Part shown: positions 11,052 through 23,570 of the stretch, in pieces | Layout of the letters: each line of letters starts with the position of its first letter | Position numbering within the stretch: the first letter of the stretch is position 1 | From: Octopus sinensis | Lineage: Eukaryota | Direction of reading: 5' to 3' | DNA length: 64,000 bases | Assembly: GCF_006345805.1 (NCBI RefSeq) | Contig: NC_043003.1 | Location: forward strand, 78,740,001 to 78,804,000 | The notes under the pieces: model-generated | Databases searched by the model: none | What the model was told of the DNA's origin: nothing | Seen by the model: the letters and a program-made list of their open reading frames with translations, nothing else | Made by a program: the position numbers and the translations under genes

Positions 11052-11385
11052 TGTTACCGGACGGTTATATTGTATCTGCATGTTTAAATGCTTTGATCTG
11101 TGGTATACCTGTATGATGTATTGAGTTGTCACGTGCATGTCCTCTTTTAAATGTATCTGAAATGTATTTGTTGTTGTAACAATTGTAATAGTCATATAAA
11201 CTAGTTGTTAAATGTAAGCCAATTGCCTTGCCTCTTTGTGTCTCTCTCGATTGCCTCTGTGCTGCTGCTGCTATTGTTGTTGTATCTCTCTCTCCTCTCC
11301 GAGTTTCCGTGGCGAAAACATTCGCTGCATCGAACGGGCCTGTGTGAGGAATTCCGTGACAGTTTTCGGAGGTCCCCTCGTAACA
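11052..11385. mobile_element. Possible solo LTR
   Basis: Bounded by TGTTAC...GTAACA inverted termini, 334 bp. The TSD is not convincing (GTGT versus ATAT). Confidence 0.3.
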
Positions 11386-11471
11386 ATATACAGGTGGGCC
11401 AAACGTCACGCACAAAAGTTCACTGTGCTTCCGAATTGTCAGAGATAAGTTTCAATTTTTCTATAATAATG

Positions 11472-11510
<39 letters not shown>

Positions 11511-11531
11511 TAATAATAATAATAATAATAA

Positions 11532-12037
11532 TCTGCTCAATACCATAGATTTGCTTGTCAGTTGTTTGATATAGAAGATGGGCTACAGCAAATATTCTGC
11601 TCAATACCACAGATTTGCTTGTCAGTTGTTTGACCTTAACCAGTTGAGCATGTCCCTTAGTGGCTGACGATATGTGCATCTCTGATCACGAGCAGAAGTA
11701 GTGGGGGAGCATCATAGCCATGTGTTGAGAGGGATTCTTTGGGGTTTGAATAATTCACCTCTGGAAACATGGGTGGTTCTTTCAACATCCTTAAACAACC
11801 CTTATTCATGGACCTTTTGAGCGGGATGGGCTACTCAACCTGAAGAAAATTCTAACTGGGCCCCACCTGCAAGGTCATGTGCTGTTTATCTTGATATGAG
11901 ATCACCATGTCGCGCACATATGGTTGTGATGCATGTGCCTGGTGTACCCTTATCAGACGGGTAGTCATGATGGGTATACTGGGCTTCGTATATTTTACCC
12001 CAGTGTCACTTTGATGGCATGCACTGCTCTTTCACTC

Positions 12038-12040
<3 letters not shown>
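11532..12040 (+). mobile_element. Unclassified ~510-bp insertion embedded in (TAA)n
   Basis: GC-balanced block flanked on both sides by long (TAA)n. Its first 38 bp are duplicated at about 11595. Confidence 0.45.
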
Positions 12041-12100
<60 letters not shown>

Positions 12101-12154
12101 TAATAATAATAATATAATAATAATAATAATAATAATAATATTAATAATTATAAT

Positions 12155-12332
12155 TTCTGCTATAGGCACAAGGTCTGAAATTTTGGGGTAGGGGGCTAGT
12201 AGATTGCATCAACCCCAGTGTTTCACTGCTACTTAATTTATTGATCCCAAAAAAATGGAAGGCAAAGTCGACCTCGGTGGAATTTGAGTTTAGAACGTAA
12301 AGACGGACGAAATACCGCTAGACATTTCCCCC
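12155..12332 (-). mobile_element. SINE family S1 (variant tail)
   Basis: B-box and central domain match S1; tail CCAAAATTTCAGACCTTGTGCCTATAGCAGAAA. Confidence 0.75.
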
Positions 12333-12570
12333 GGTATATATATATATATATATATATATATACTTTTGTTGTGCATTGAGGGTAACATTGGTGTCATGTT
12401 AAGAAAACATCTTAACAATTTGGAAATGAACAACAATTTCTCCATCGGATCAACTCGAATAATTAAGATATTTTCTTAACACGAAACCAATGGTAGACTT
12501 AATACACTAATAAAGAATCTTTATCCACCAATACAGTTTTGAACACTGGTTCTCATTGTTCGACATTTAA

Positions 12571-12675
<105 letters not shown>

Positions 12676-12797
12676 AATAAAAATTATATATAAAGAAACA
12701 AGAACGTGAAATACACAAAGGGACGAACACAGAAAACAGACGGGTCATTGGAAGCCTTTAAACTTCAGTCAGATATATATATATATATAATATATAT

Positions 12798-12865
<68 letters not shown>

Positions 12866-13480
12866 CATATACATATATACATATATACATATACATATAT
12901 TCCGTAGCATCAGCACCAAGCAATACTTAGGCATAAGCGAATTTTAGATTAGTTAAAATATGTTTGTCACACACACACACACACACACAATGTGTGAGCG
13001 ATCATAAATCGATGTACTTCAGTTATGATGCACTTTAATGCTAGAATACGAAGGAGGAGACACTGCAAATTGAAAATTGTTGGAAGTTGTCAGGTTTCAC
13101 AACAGTATATTATTATATTGTCAGTATATATAAAAGAAATCAATAAAATGAAGTTTGATTTCACTCTAATAGTAGATTCTTTGTACTGTTGTAGACAAAC
13201 AAGAAACTTTTGTCGAAAACAGAAATAAGAGTACAAGAGCTTCGACTTAAAATCGAATCAGCAGAGACTGATAAAGTATTTCGACTTGACACATTAAATG
13301 ATGTTTCTATTGTGTTTGCCTAAGCAAAACATGGACAACTTTTTCACGTGAATCGGGCCGCATGAGACATGGCTCATCACCTGGCGGGTCGCACTGCTAA
13401 AAAATTGAGGGTAATTTTTAGTAGGGTGCGCCATTCAGAAAGCACTGTGAGCCTACAGTTTGTCTGTGACTGGTCCAAGA

Positions 13481-14093
13481 CAGTGCTCCGCAACCCTTTT
13501 TCATTTGCGATACACTTATATTCTTTTCAAAATTCGGTGACACACCTGAACTAAAACTATATGAGTGGCTGTGTGGTAAGTAGCTTGCTTACCAACCACA
13601 TGGTTCCGGGTTCAGGCGCAGGAGTGGCTGTGTGGTAAGTAGCATGTTACCGGCCTCATGGTTCCGGGTTCAGTTCCTCTGCGTGGCACCTTGGGCAAGT
13701 GTTTTCTACTATAGTCTCGGGCCGACCAAAGCCTTGTGAGTGGATTTGGTAGACGGAAACTAAAAGAAGCCCGTCGTATATATGTATACGTAAATATATA
13801 TACATGTGTGTGTGTTTGTGTGTCTGTGTTTGTCCCCTCAACATCGCTTGACAACCGATGCTGGTGTGTTTACGTCCCCGTAACTTAGCGGTACGGCAAA
13901 AGAGACCGATAGAATAAGTACTAGGCTTACAAAGAATAAGTCGTGGGGTCGATTTGCTCGACTAAAGGTGGTGCTCCTGCATGGCTGCAGTCAAATGACT
14001 GAAACAAGTAAAGAGTAAGGTTACGCTGCGGCACACTTAGCATCGTCTCGTGACACACCAGTGTGCTGCGGCACATCGGTTTGCGGAACACTG
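13481..14093. mobile_element. hAT (Charlie-like) MITE interrupted by S2 SINEs
   Basis: TIRs CAGTGCTCCGCAAC and the reverse complement CAGTGTTCCGCAAAC. 8-bp flanks GTCCAAGA and GTTTAAGA match at 6/8, consistent with a decayed hAT TSD. Confidence 0.65.
13620..14019 (+). mobile_element. SINE family S2, full length (preceded by a duplicated head fragment at 13561-13615)
   Basis: All S2 modules are present. Confidence 0.9.
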
Positions 14094-14676
14094 GTTTAAG
14101 ATGATGAACTGAAGAAATTCAGTTAAGGTTTGAAACCAGCACAGTCTACAGGAAGAATGTTTGCTGGAATGCTTGCTTTAAAATGAGGTTTTGATTATTA
14201 TATATTGTAGACATTTTTAGTGAAGTATTTACAAGTTGTTTATAAAAGAAACTACGAAAATAATTCGAAACGTTTGTGAATCAAATTGATAGATTATGAA
14301 CCAGTGTGTGCGTGTGTGTCTGTGTGTGTACGTGCGTGTGTGTGTATGCATATGTAGAGTGTGTGTAGAGTGTGTGTGTAGATTTGTGTGCGAGTAAAAA
14401 CTGGTTTGGACAATCTCTTGTACCTTCTCAAAAAAGCATTAGTAGAAAATATGTGTGTTTACGTGTTTATGTGTATATACTTATATGCGTGTCTGTGTGC
14501 GCGCATGTGTGTGTGTATGTCTGTGTATGTGTGTGTGCACGCAGGTGTGATGCGTATTTAGATGAGTAGTTACCTGTGTTTGACGAATCTAAGAGAAAAT
14601 ACGGTGAATGAAGGATAATCGATGCATATAAGAGAGAGGGTGGGGGAGAAAGAGAGAGAAAGGGAAGAGAAAGAGA

Positions 14677-14719
<43 letters not shown>

Positions 14720-14978
14720 GATAGAAAGATAGAAAGAGATAAAGATAGAGTATATGCATGTATGTACGTATGTATGTGTTTGTGTATTTGTATGCTAAGC
14801 ATACACATTTATATGTATACAAATATATACAGTATATACATATGTATATATGTGTGTATATTGTATGAAATATATTTATGTATGAAATGCATACATGTAT
14901 GTGAATAAATATGTATGTGATGTAATGCCTATATGCACGTGTATATATGAAACGCATGCGCGTTTGGGTACATGTATA

Positions 14979-16068
14979 CAAGTTGTCCCAAAAGTCACTA
15001 TACACTTTCTCTTTTTTCTATTTCGTTTCAGGTATCGTTCTGGGAGATATGAGGGCATTAACATTTGACACTGTAGACTTTGCAGTTTTTGTAAGTGTAT
15101 CATTCTCTCAACCGTCGCAAACCATACCACCAGTTTCGGAGAGTTTCGTTCATGTTCGAGAATTTCTGGGGCTTTTGATTTTCCTCAGATTCGACAAATG
15201 TGTCGGTTTACCCGACCAAAGATATGAAAGATAGACTCGTCGCTGAACCATAAGTTTTCCATAGAACTGAGAGTCGTTTTGGTAATGATTCACACATTTC
15301 CACACACGCATCATTTTTTTTTTTTTTTGCCCACAAGGGGCTAAACATAGAGGGGACAAACAAGGACAGACAAACAGATTAAGTCGATTACATCGACCCC
15401 AGTGCGTAACTGGTACTTAATTTATCGACCTCGAAAGGATGAAAGGCACAGTCGACCTAGGCGGAATTTGAACTCAGAACGCAGCGGCGGACGAAATACC
15501 ACAAAGAATTTCTCCCGGTTTGCTAACGTTTCTGCCAGCTCGCCGCCTTATTATCATTATCTTCCGCTTGAAGCCTTCGAACAACCTGAAGTCGGTACGG
15601 ATAGAGCTTTATCACTCTCCGAAGCATCAACTGAATCGAACTTTTGTTGCTGCTAAGTTCCAGTGTAGTCCTCCGGATGAGCTTCCTCTGGTTTTTCGCG
15701 AACGCCTGCTTCAAGAGTTTGGTTTTTTTTCTCAAAGGTGGTAACAACAGGCCTTCCGCTGCGTGGTTTGTCAAGAATGGATCCTCCTTCGAGAAACTTG
15801 CTACGGATAGCATAAATCGTGCTACGCGTCGGAGCAGTGTGACGGTCATAAACTTTCTCAAAACTTGCGTTGAACTGTAGTAAGGAACTGAAAAACTTCT
15901 TGCCAGGCGGCACCTCTAACGTCAATTGATGAGCCATGGGCAAAGGAATGATACAATTATAAAAACTGCAATGCCTAAGGTGTCAAATACTGATGGCCTC
16001 AAGTCTCTCCAAATGATCTCTGAAGCGAAATAGAAAAAAGAAAGTGTATAGTGACTTTTGGGACATCT

Positions 16069-16070
<2 letters not shown>
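14979..16070 (-). mobile_element. Internally deleted Tc1/mariner element (DD37D/maT-like) with ~52-bp TIRs
   Basis: TIR CAAG(T/A)TGTCCCAAAAGTCACTATACACTTTCT... at both ends, TA at left. Transposase pieces PTRSTIYAIRSKFLEGGSILDKPRSGRP, IKLYPYRLQVVRRL and LWFSDESIFHIFGRVNRHICRI. The C-terminal catalytic half is absent. Confidence 0.9.
15313..15547 (-). mobile_element. SINE family S1 inserted in the transposase
   Basis: Full copy with poly(A) tail; short AATGAT duplication at the junctions. Confidence 0.9.
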
Positions 16071-16152
<82 letters not shown>

Positions 16153-16218
16153 ACACATACCACACATATATATATGCATGTATATATATATATTATATAT
16201 ATATTCATATATATATAA

Positions 16219-16265
<47 letters not shown>

Positions 16266-16397
16266 CTTATATATATGGTGCTTACATATGCTTACACACT
16301 CGCGCGCACATATTTGTATGTATGTATGTTTATATACATGTGTCCAGTATGTTGCTACGTTTATGTAATGTATGTATCAATATAGAGATTTGATGTA

Positions 16398-17633
16398 CGA
16401 GGATCAGCAGAAAAGTTCATAGGCTGACCAAGATATTCTCAAAGAATGTGACCAAAAGGGGGTTATTTTTTAACATAGTCCCCCTTGAGGTCCACACGCA
16501 TTTTCCATCGGCGTTGCAGTACTTGAATTCCATTGGTGAAGAAGCTTTAATCCTGTTACTCAAAAAAATTAATCAACAGTAGATATGACGTCATCATTCC
16601 TGCGATTCTGGTTCCCAGCCAAGTGTTTTTTTCATGTTGGGGAACAGATGTTAGTCTGTTGGGGAGAATAGGTATGCTGATCAACCAGTTCAAATCCACA
16701 GTCAAGTACAGCAGCCAATGAAACCAAGGGCTCTTACGCTGGGGCTTTGTCCTGATGAAACAAGACTCCTTTCTACAATTTTCCTTGATATTAAGTCTTG
16801 ATAGCGTTTCGTAACTGTCTTAGCAAGTTGGCATGGTACTCTCCATTTATGGCGTGGTGCCTTTTCAAGTCAATAAACACAATGCCCTTTGTATCCCACT
16901 AAATCTGAGGTCATCATCTTCCTGCAGATAAAACGAACTTGACCTTCTTTGGAGTAGGTGAGAAGTGTTTCCATAGCATAGATTGTCTCTTTGTCTTTGG
17001 CTCATCGTGATCAACATAACACTCTTCCTGGCTTAGATTTCAGCTGGATCTGCCCGAAGCAATGTCAGATTTTCGCGTGATGGGATCAGCCTGACAAGCT
17101 TTTGGTCAGGTGTCAGAAAATGTAGCAGCCACCAAGCAGAAACCTTCATCATGTCAAGTTCATTGTGTAGAATATTCTCAACTCTCTCACACCATATGTT
17201 TTTAGCATAGACTGTTTGATTCATAATCAATCGCCTGTCATTCATCACCATGTGGTGAACGTGATTGATGTTTTCCTCGTTGGAAGCAGTTGCAGGACGT
17301 CCAAACCTTGGATCATCTTCAAGACTCCCTTCCTCTCCAAAATTCAGCTGCTCACTCTTGCACTGTTCATAAAGCTGGAACATCATCTCTCCTTGAGGGC
17401 TAAACCATTTTTCTGTAGGTATTTGATAACGCGACGATGCCAAAGTTTGTCTATTTTCAAAAGAAGTCGCTACTAGTTACTTCTGAAGTCTTCTTTGAAC
17501 ATTGAGATATCAGTTTATCTGGAAAGAAACAAAGCAGTAATTAATAAGAAGATTTGTAATAAATGCATGCACACTTCACAGCTCTAGCATGAATACTTCA
17601 TAGTCAGCCTATGAACTTTTTAACCCACTCTCG
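16398..17633 (-). mobile_element. Near full-length mariner (DD34D-type) element, degraded
   Basis: TA-flanked ~30-bp TIRs CGAG.......AAAAGTTCATAGGCTGAC, 1236 bp. ORF 17033-17443 has EDDPRFGRP and ILHNELDMMKVSAWWLLHFLTPDQK (the WVPHxLT motif, decayed). Confidence 0.9.
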
Positions 17634-18183
17634 TATGAACATTAAAGAATAAATTCACAGTAATTAAGAGAGTAATTAATAACAGGTCGTTAAGCCCCAA
17701 CACGCTATTACATTGCAGTAACTCCAAGCGGGACTGACTTGCATGTATAAACGTAATTGGTTAAAATGATTTTTTAAAAGCAAAATATTTAACACAAAAG
17801 AAGAAAATCACATATTTCACATATATTTTATTTGGTAATTGTATTAAACAGCTGTTTCATTAAGATAAACACCGCGAAATGTATAATTACATAATTGTGA
17901 TATATCTAAATTAAATTTAGTCAAATTAATCTAAAAATAATGATTAACAAAATCAACAGGAACGTTATGCTGATATCAGAAAATCGTTACTTAGAAGAAT
18001 TTAAATTCCAACTCTAGGATTTACCTATTACAAAGAAGAAGCAACGTACACCAACACTTCATTCTGAAGAAGAGACTGTGAAGGTCTAGAAACTGATAAC
18101 AGATTTAGGAAGTTTACTGCTCTAAACAAACTGCAGCTAATTCATGTGAAATATGAGAAAAATCTTGATTAAAAAGATAAATC

Positions 18184-18452
18184 ACCGTGGAGGCGCGTGG
18201 TTAAGTGGTTAGGGTGTCACCATCATGATAGTAAGATTGTGGTTTCGATTCCTGGACCCGGCGACGCGTTGTGTTCTTGAGCAAAACACTTCATTTCACG
18301 TTGCTCCAGTCCACTCAGCTGGCAAAAATAAGTAACGCTGCGATGGACTGGCGTCCCGTCTAACTGGGGAACACATACGCCATTGAAACCGGGAAACCGG
18401 GCCTATGAGCCTGTCTAGGCTTTAAAAGGGCGCATTTATTAATTATTATTTT
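18184..18452 (+). mobile_element. SINE, CORE-like head B plus tail 2
   Basis: A/B boxes, segment GTGTTCTTGAGCAAAACACTT and tail GCGATGGACTGGCGTCCCGTC. 12-bp TSD AAAAGATAAATC (18172-18183 and 18453-18464). Confidence 0.85.
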
Positions 18453-19032
18453 AAAAGATAAATCTAGAATTCAGTGGGATACTCAATACAACACACACAC
18501 ACACACACACAAAGAATGATTTTCATTCATCCCATTTCGATAAATAAAATACCGTCCTAATATTGTAGCTGATATAATGAAAAGTTCGTTCGCTTCCCAA
18601 ATTTCTTACTTTGTGTTTTTCTTAGTATCAGTATTTCAAGGAAAGAAGGTACAATGATTAGCAGGATAGGTAAAACATTGGATAAAAATACTTTGCAGTA
18701 TTTAGTTACGAACGTCAGAGTTCTAATCGCGAAGAATTTGCTTTCCGTCCTTCTCTTATCGACAAAATAAAATACTAGACTAGCACCGGGATCAATTTAA
18801 TCGGCTCTTCTTCACTCCTCAATTTGTGATCTTTGTCGAAGTTCTAAGCCAATATAATCAGCTATGCCTTCCAACATGCCACCCCACCAAAATCATGCAG
18901 AATATGCTATTTTGTACAATTCTTTACCGCACTCCGTATAACTGTCCCGCTTATATTATGTGGCTTTTGTGAGTCGTATTTGTAACGTGCTTCTCATAAT
19001 GTTTTCTTGTAGAAGCTATCAATACTGAAGCC

Positions 19033-19257
19033 CCAAAGGCAACGAGTTAACAGGATTGTTAGCACACAAACAAAACCTTTACGGCCTTTCTTCCCATCTC
19101 TTTATGTTCTAAGTTCAAATTCCACCGTGGTCATCAACTTTGCCTTTCATCCTTTCGAGGTCGATAAAGAAAGAACAAGATGAGCACTGAGCTTGATGTA
19201 ATCGACTTCGACCTCTTCCCCAAAATGTGCTGGCCTTGGCCATGATTAGACAGAATC
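19033..19257 (+). mobile_element. SINE family S1, diverged
   Basis: Degenerate head, GTTCAAATTCC B-box and central domain. Confidence 0.7.
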
Positions 19258-19350
19258 ATCATCATCACCACCACCACCACCACCACCGCCGCCGCCATCA
19301 TCATCATCATTCATCATCATCATCATCATCATCACACCACCACCACCACC

Positions 19351-19384
<34 letters not shown>

Positions 19385-19425
19385 TATCATCATCATTCAT
19401 CATCATCATCATCATCATCACCACC

Positions 19426-19524
<99 letters not shown>
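19257..19524. repeat. (CAT)n/(CAC)n/(TAT)n compound trinucleotide repeat
   Basis: Direct reading; it explains the poly-His ORF. Confidence 0.97.
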
Positions 19525-19533
19525 TCCTTTCTA

Positions 19534-19755
19534 AAGGTGGCGAGTTGGCAGAGTCGCTAACACACCGAACAAAAATTTTTAGCGGCATTTCATCTGCCTT
19601 TACGTTCTGAGTTCAAATTCCACCGAAGTCGACTTTGCTCTTTTCTTCCCTTCGGGATCGATAACATAAGTAACAGTTTGAGCACTGGGGGGTCGATGTA
19701 ATCAATTACGTAGCACAAAATTTCAGGGCCTTGTGCCTATAGTATAGAAATGATT
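19534..19755 (+). mobile_element. SINE family S1
   Basis: GGTGGCGAGTTGGCAGA head, B-box and tail. Confidence 0.8.
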
Positions 19756-20118
19756 ATTGCCGTTCTATCGTAGGTAGACAAAGGATCTGAAATTTTTTGA
19801 GGAAGGAGGCGAGACGACTATATCGATTCCTGTATACTTTAACTGGAATGTATTTTACCGACACTGAAAAGGGGGGAGAAAGCCGAAGTCGATTTTTGGT
19901 AGCATGTGAATATGGAACACAAACAGTCATAAACAGAAGAAACGCCGCAAGCATTTTGTCTGGCGCGCTAACGAGTCTGCCAGCTCACCGCCTTTCTTCT
20001 TTCTGCCCTTGTAATTATGCTAGGAATTATCATCATTATTATTATTATTATTATTATTTTATTTTTAGCAAGCAACCAACTATTAGATCAACAGTTGCAA
20101 CGAACGTGTCTTTTTTTT

Positions 20119-20149
<31 letters not shown>

Positions 20150-20562
20150 TTATTTTGTTTTTTTTTTTGTTTTTTTTTTTTGTTTTCCATTTTGCGATAA
20201 ATATCTGAAGTATGTTTGCTGCTTGCATTAAGCTTGCACATAATGGTTCTTTATGTTTACCAATGTTGTCCACCTTTATAGACTTTCTATTGTATGAATA
20301 TTAGCATAAGTTTCAACAGACAGAATGGGTCCTATCAGACCGCTCACTTTTATGGCTGTATGTGCGTGTGTGTGTGTGTGTGTATGTATGTGTGTGCGTG
20401 CGTGTGTGTCTTTTTATGTTTTCTGTATTCCTATCCTCAAACCTCTTTTCGATTTGCTTTCAGTTTTAGTGTACGTGCGGATACACACATTTTCTTTACG
20501 TATTCTCCTCCCTCTTTCTCTCTCTCTCTCTGTATAATATATATAAACAATATATACATTTG

Positions 20563-20621
<59 letters not shown>

Positions 20622-20671
20622 TATATATATGTATCTATATGTATACATATATGTATGTATATATATATATA

Positions 20672-20724
<53 letters not shown>

Positions 20725-20730
20725 TTTTTA

Positions 20731-20938
20731 CTTGTTTCAGTCATTTGACTGTGGCCATGCTAGAGCACCGCCTTTAATCGAGCAACTCGACCCCGGGACT
20801 TATTCTTTTGTAAGCCCAATACTTATTCTATCGGTCTCTTTTGCCGAACCGCTAAGTAACGGGGACGTAAATACACCAGCATCGGTTGTCAAGCAATGCT
20901 AGGGGGACAAACACAGACACACAAACACACACACACAT

Positions 20939-21012
<74 letters not shown>

Positions 21013-21078
21013 ACGACAGGGTTCTTTCAGTTTCCGTCTACCAAATCCACTCACAAGGCATTAGTCGGCCCGGGGCTA
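20731..21078 (-). mobile_element. SINE family S2, head missing
   Basis: Second half, internal microsatellite and part of the first half. Confidence 0.85.
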
Positions 21079-21175
21079 TATATATTATATATATTTGTAT
21101 GTTTCTGTATGTCTATCTGTCTACTTAGCTAGCTAGATCCGTATATATGTGTGTGTGAGTGTGTGTGTTGGCGTG

Positions 21176-21225
<50 letters not shown>

Positions 21226-21367
21226 TATATACACATATATATACATATACATACATATATATATACATATATATACATACATATATATACATATATACAT
21301 CACATACATATATATATATCTATATATATATATATATATATATATATAAGAAAATAGTATATATTTC

Positions 21368-21565
21368 AAATGTGACCGCGTTGGCGATTTTTTTTACCTC
21401 CGTCTTCCCTTCTTTGGATCTTTCCTTCGTCTATGTTTCTGACGAAGAGCTCCGCTCGAAACGTTAAACCCTTCTTTCCTTCTTTCCTGAGCGTCCAATA
21501 ACACTATACTTGTTCCACGTCCTCGCGTTGTGTTTTCTCTTTGTATTTTCATGTTTGGATTAACT
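21368..21565 (+). mobile_element. Small hammerhead-bearing element, family H1 (Penelope pLTR-like)
   Basis: Homologous to 43607-43788 and 45907-46114. All three end at GGATTAACT next to (TA)n. Confidence 0.75.
21435..21469 (+). ncRNA. Minimal type I hammerhead ribozyme motif
   Basis: GUUU-CUGACGA-A-GAGC(UCC)GCUC-GAAA-CG-UU|AAAC: complete catalytic core, helix I GUUU/AAAC, helix II 4 bp, palindromic ACGU helix III, GUU cleavage triplet. Confidence 0.75.
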
Positions 21566-21587
21566 TTATATATATATATATATAGAG

Positions 21588-21589
<2 letters not shown>

Positions 21590-21675
<86 letters not shown>
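21590..21675. repeat. (GATA)n microsatellite
   Basis: Direct reading. Confidence 0.97.
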
Positions 21676-21699
21676 TGTGTATATAGGGGCATTCACTTC

Positions 21700-22082
21700 G
21701 GATGGACCAATGTCTGGTAAATGAATTTACCAAACGGAAGCCCGTCGTATGTGTGTATGGATGGATGGATGGATGTATATGTATGTATGCATGTATGTAT
21801 GTATGTCTGCGTGTGTGTATGTATGTACGTGTATGAAAGTAAGTGTACATGTTTGTGCTTCTCCTTAACCCTTTGACAACCAATGTAGGTTTGGTTACGT
21901 CCCCATAACTTAGCTGTTCAATATCAAAATGAAGCTGCTTGAATAAGTACCAGACTTCAAAAAAAACAAAAAAAAAACACAATAGACTAAAAAACTAGAA
22001 ACTAAAAAAAACTAGAAAAATAAAAGTTAAGGCAGTGTTCCAGCATGGCCGCAATCGAATGACAGAAACAAAAGAATAAAAA
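21700..22082 (+). mobile_element. SINE family S2, diverged
   Basis: GAAGCCCGTCGTAT, internal microsatellite and degenerate second half. Confidence 0.7.
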
Positions 22083-22148
22083 GAAAAATATATATATACG
22101 TATATATATATGTACGTATACGCACACATACACATATATTCATATGTG

Positions 22149-22199
<51 letters not shown>

Positions 22200-23018
22200 C
22201 ACACACACACACTCATATTCGTATGTATGTATGTATGTATGTATGTATATAGATAAGCATATAAATGCTTATGCGTATACTTGTCTTAGTCTTGATGTGT
22301 ATACCAGGTGGCATAAAAGGCATTTAATATTAATGTTTAATGATATCCTACACCTGGTGTACAAAGAACATTTATGGTTGTGTGTACACACATACATTAA
22401 TACATACATGCATTCATACATACGTACGTACATACATATATTCATAGAAACACACATATATTCATACATACGTACATACATACATACACACGCACATACA
22501 TACGTACAAACATACATACATATATACATCACATACATACATCACATACATATATATATATATACACACATACATATGTTTTGTGATTATTGAATACATA
22601 TGACCATATTGAAGTGCAATCAACCGTATCAACTCCGCTTCTGCACGTGCACACAGAATATTATAATTGTACAGTATGTATATTATTATATAATATCAGA
22701 CACACACACAGATACACACACACATACACACACACACATACACACACACACACACAGAGAGAAACACACACACATACATTCATATATACATATGTGTGCT
22801 TGCGTGTTTCTGTATGGTTGTGTGTGGTTTGTATACTATTTAATGATAACTTATTGTGATTTTGATATCTTGTCGAAGTGAACCCTTAATTGTTTTATTG
22901 TTGGTGCCTTTATTGTTGTTACTGTTGCTTATTTTGTTGTTGTTGTTGTTAGAAACTGAACCTGGACCATCGCTTTAAAAATCATTGAGCACTTATTATT
23001 TAATCTATTATCGGGCAG

Positions 23019-23131
23019 ATGCGCTCCGGTTGACATCACACCAGGTTCACAGTTTGTGGTCCGTTCTCCATGGGAGAAATCGATACGAATTAAGGCATCG
23101 GAGCAGAAATCAATACAAATTAAGACAACAG
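23019..23131 (+). other. Candidate exon (unidentified)
   Basis: Unique GC-balanced island with CAG| acceptor, CAG|GTATGG donor and two open frames. No protein recognised. Confidence 0.25.
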
Positions 23132-23214
23132 GTATGGAACAGCAAAATCTATTGAGACCTGCATTAAACACGAGTTCGTGCTGTCCCTTTGAGTTCTTAT
23201 AATCTTTTATTCTT

Positions 23215-23382
23215 TGACATGTTGGTCCATGCTGGGCTAACACCTTGAAGAGTTTAGTCGGACAGATCGATACCAGTACATATTTTTGTGTCTGGTACAT
23301 ATTCTACGGGTCTCTTTATACGGACGTAAACAAAACAATACCGGCTGTCAAACGGTTGTGAAGAACAAATGCAACATAAACA

Positions 23383-23418
<36 letters not shown>

Positions 23419-23570
23419 TATACGATGGGCTTCTTTCAGTTTCCATCTACCAAATCCGCTCACGATGTATTACTCAGCTCTGGACTATAGTCTCATTGCG
23501 TGGCAGAGGGACTGAACCCCAAATCATATAGTTGGGAAACAAGCTTCATAACCACGCAGTCGCGCCTGTG
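23215..23570 (-). mobile_element. SINE family S2, diverged
   Basis: All modules are recognisable in degenerate form. Confidence 0.7.

Noticed and set aside
14109-14150. CTGAAGA...GAAAC hammerhead-like spacing
   Set aside because: Helix II is weak and no helix I/III pairing fits; probably chance.
18064-18105. CTGAAGA-AGAGAC...GTCTA-GAAAC motif
   Set aside because: The base of helix II is mismatched and there is no helix I partner; at best an unprovable relic.
19227-19610. Poly-histidine ORF
   Set aside because: It is a (CAT/CAC/TAT)n tract between two SINEs with no unique coding context.
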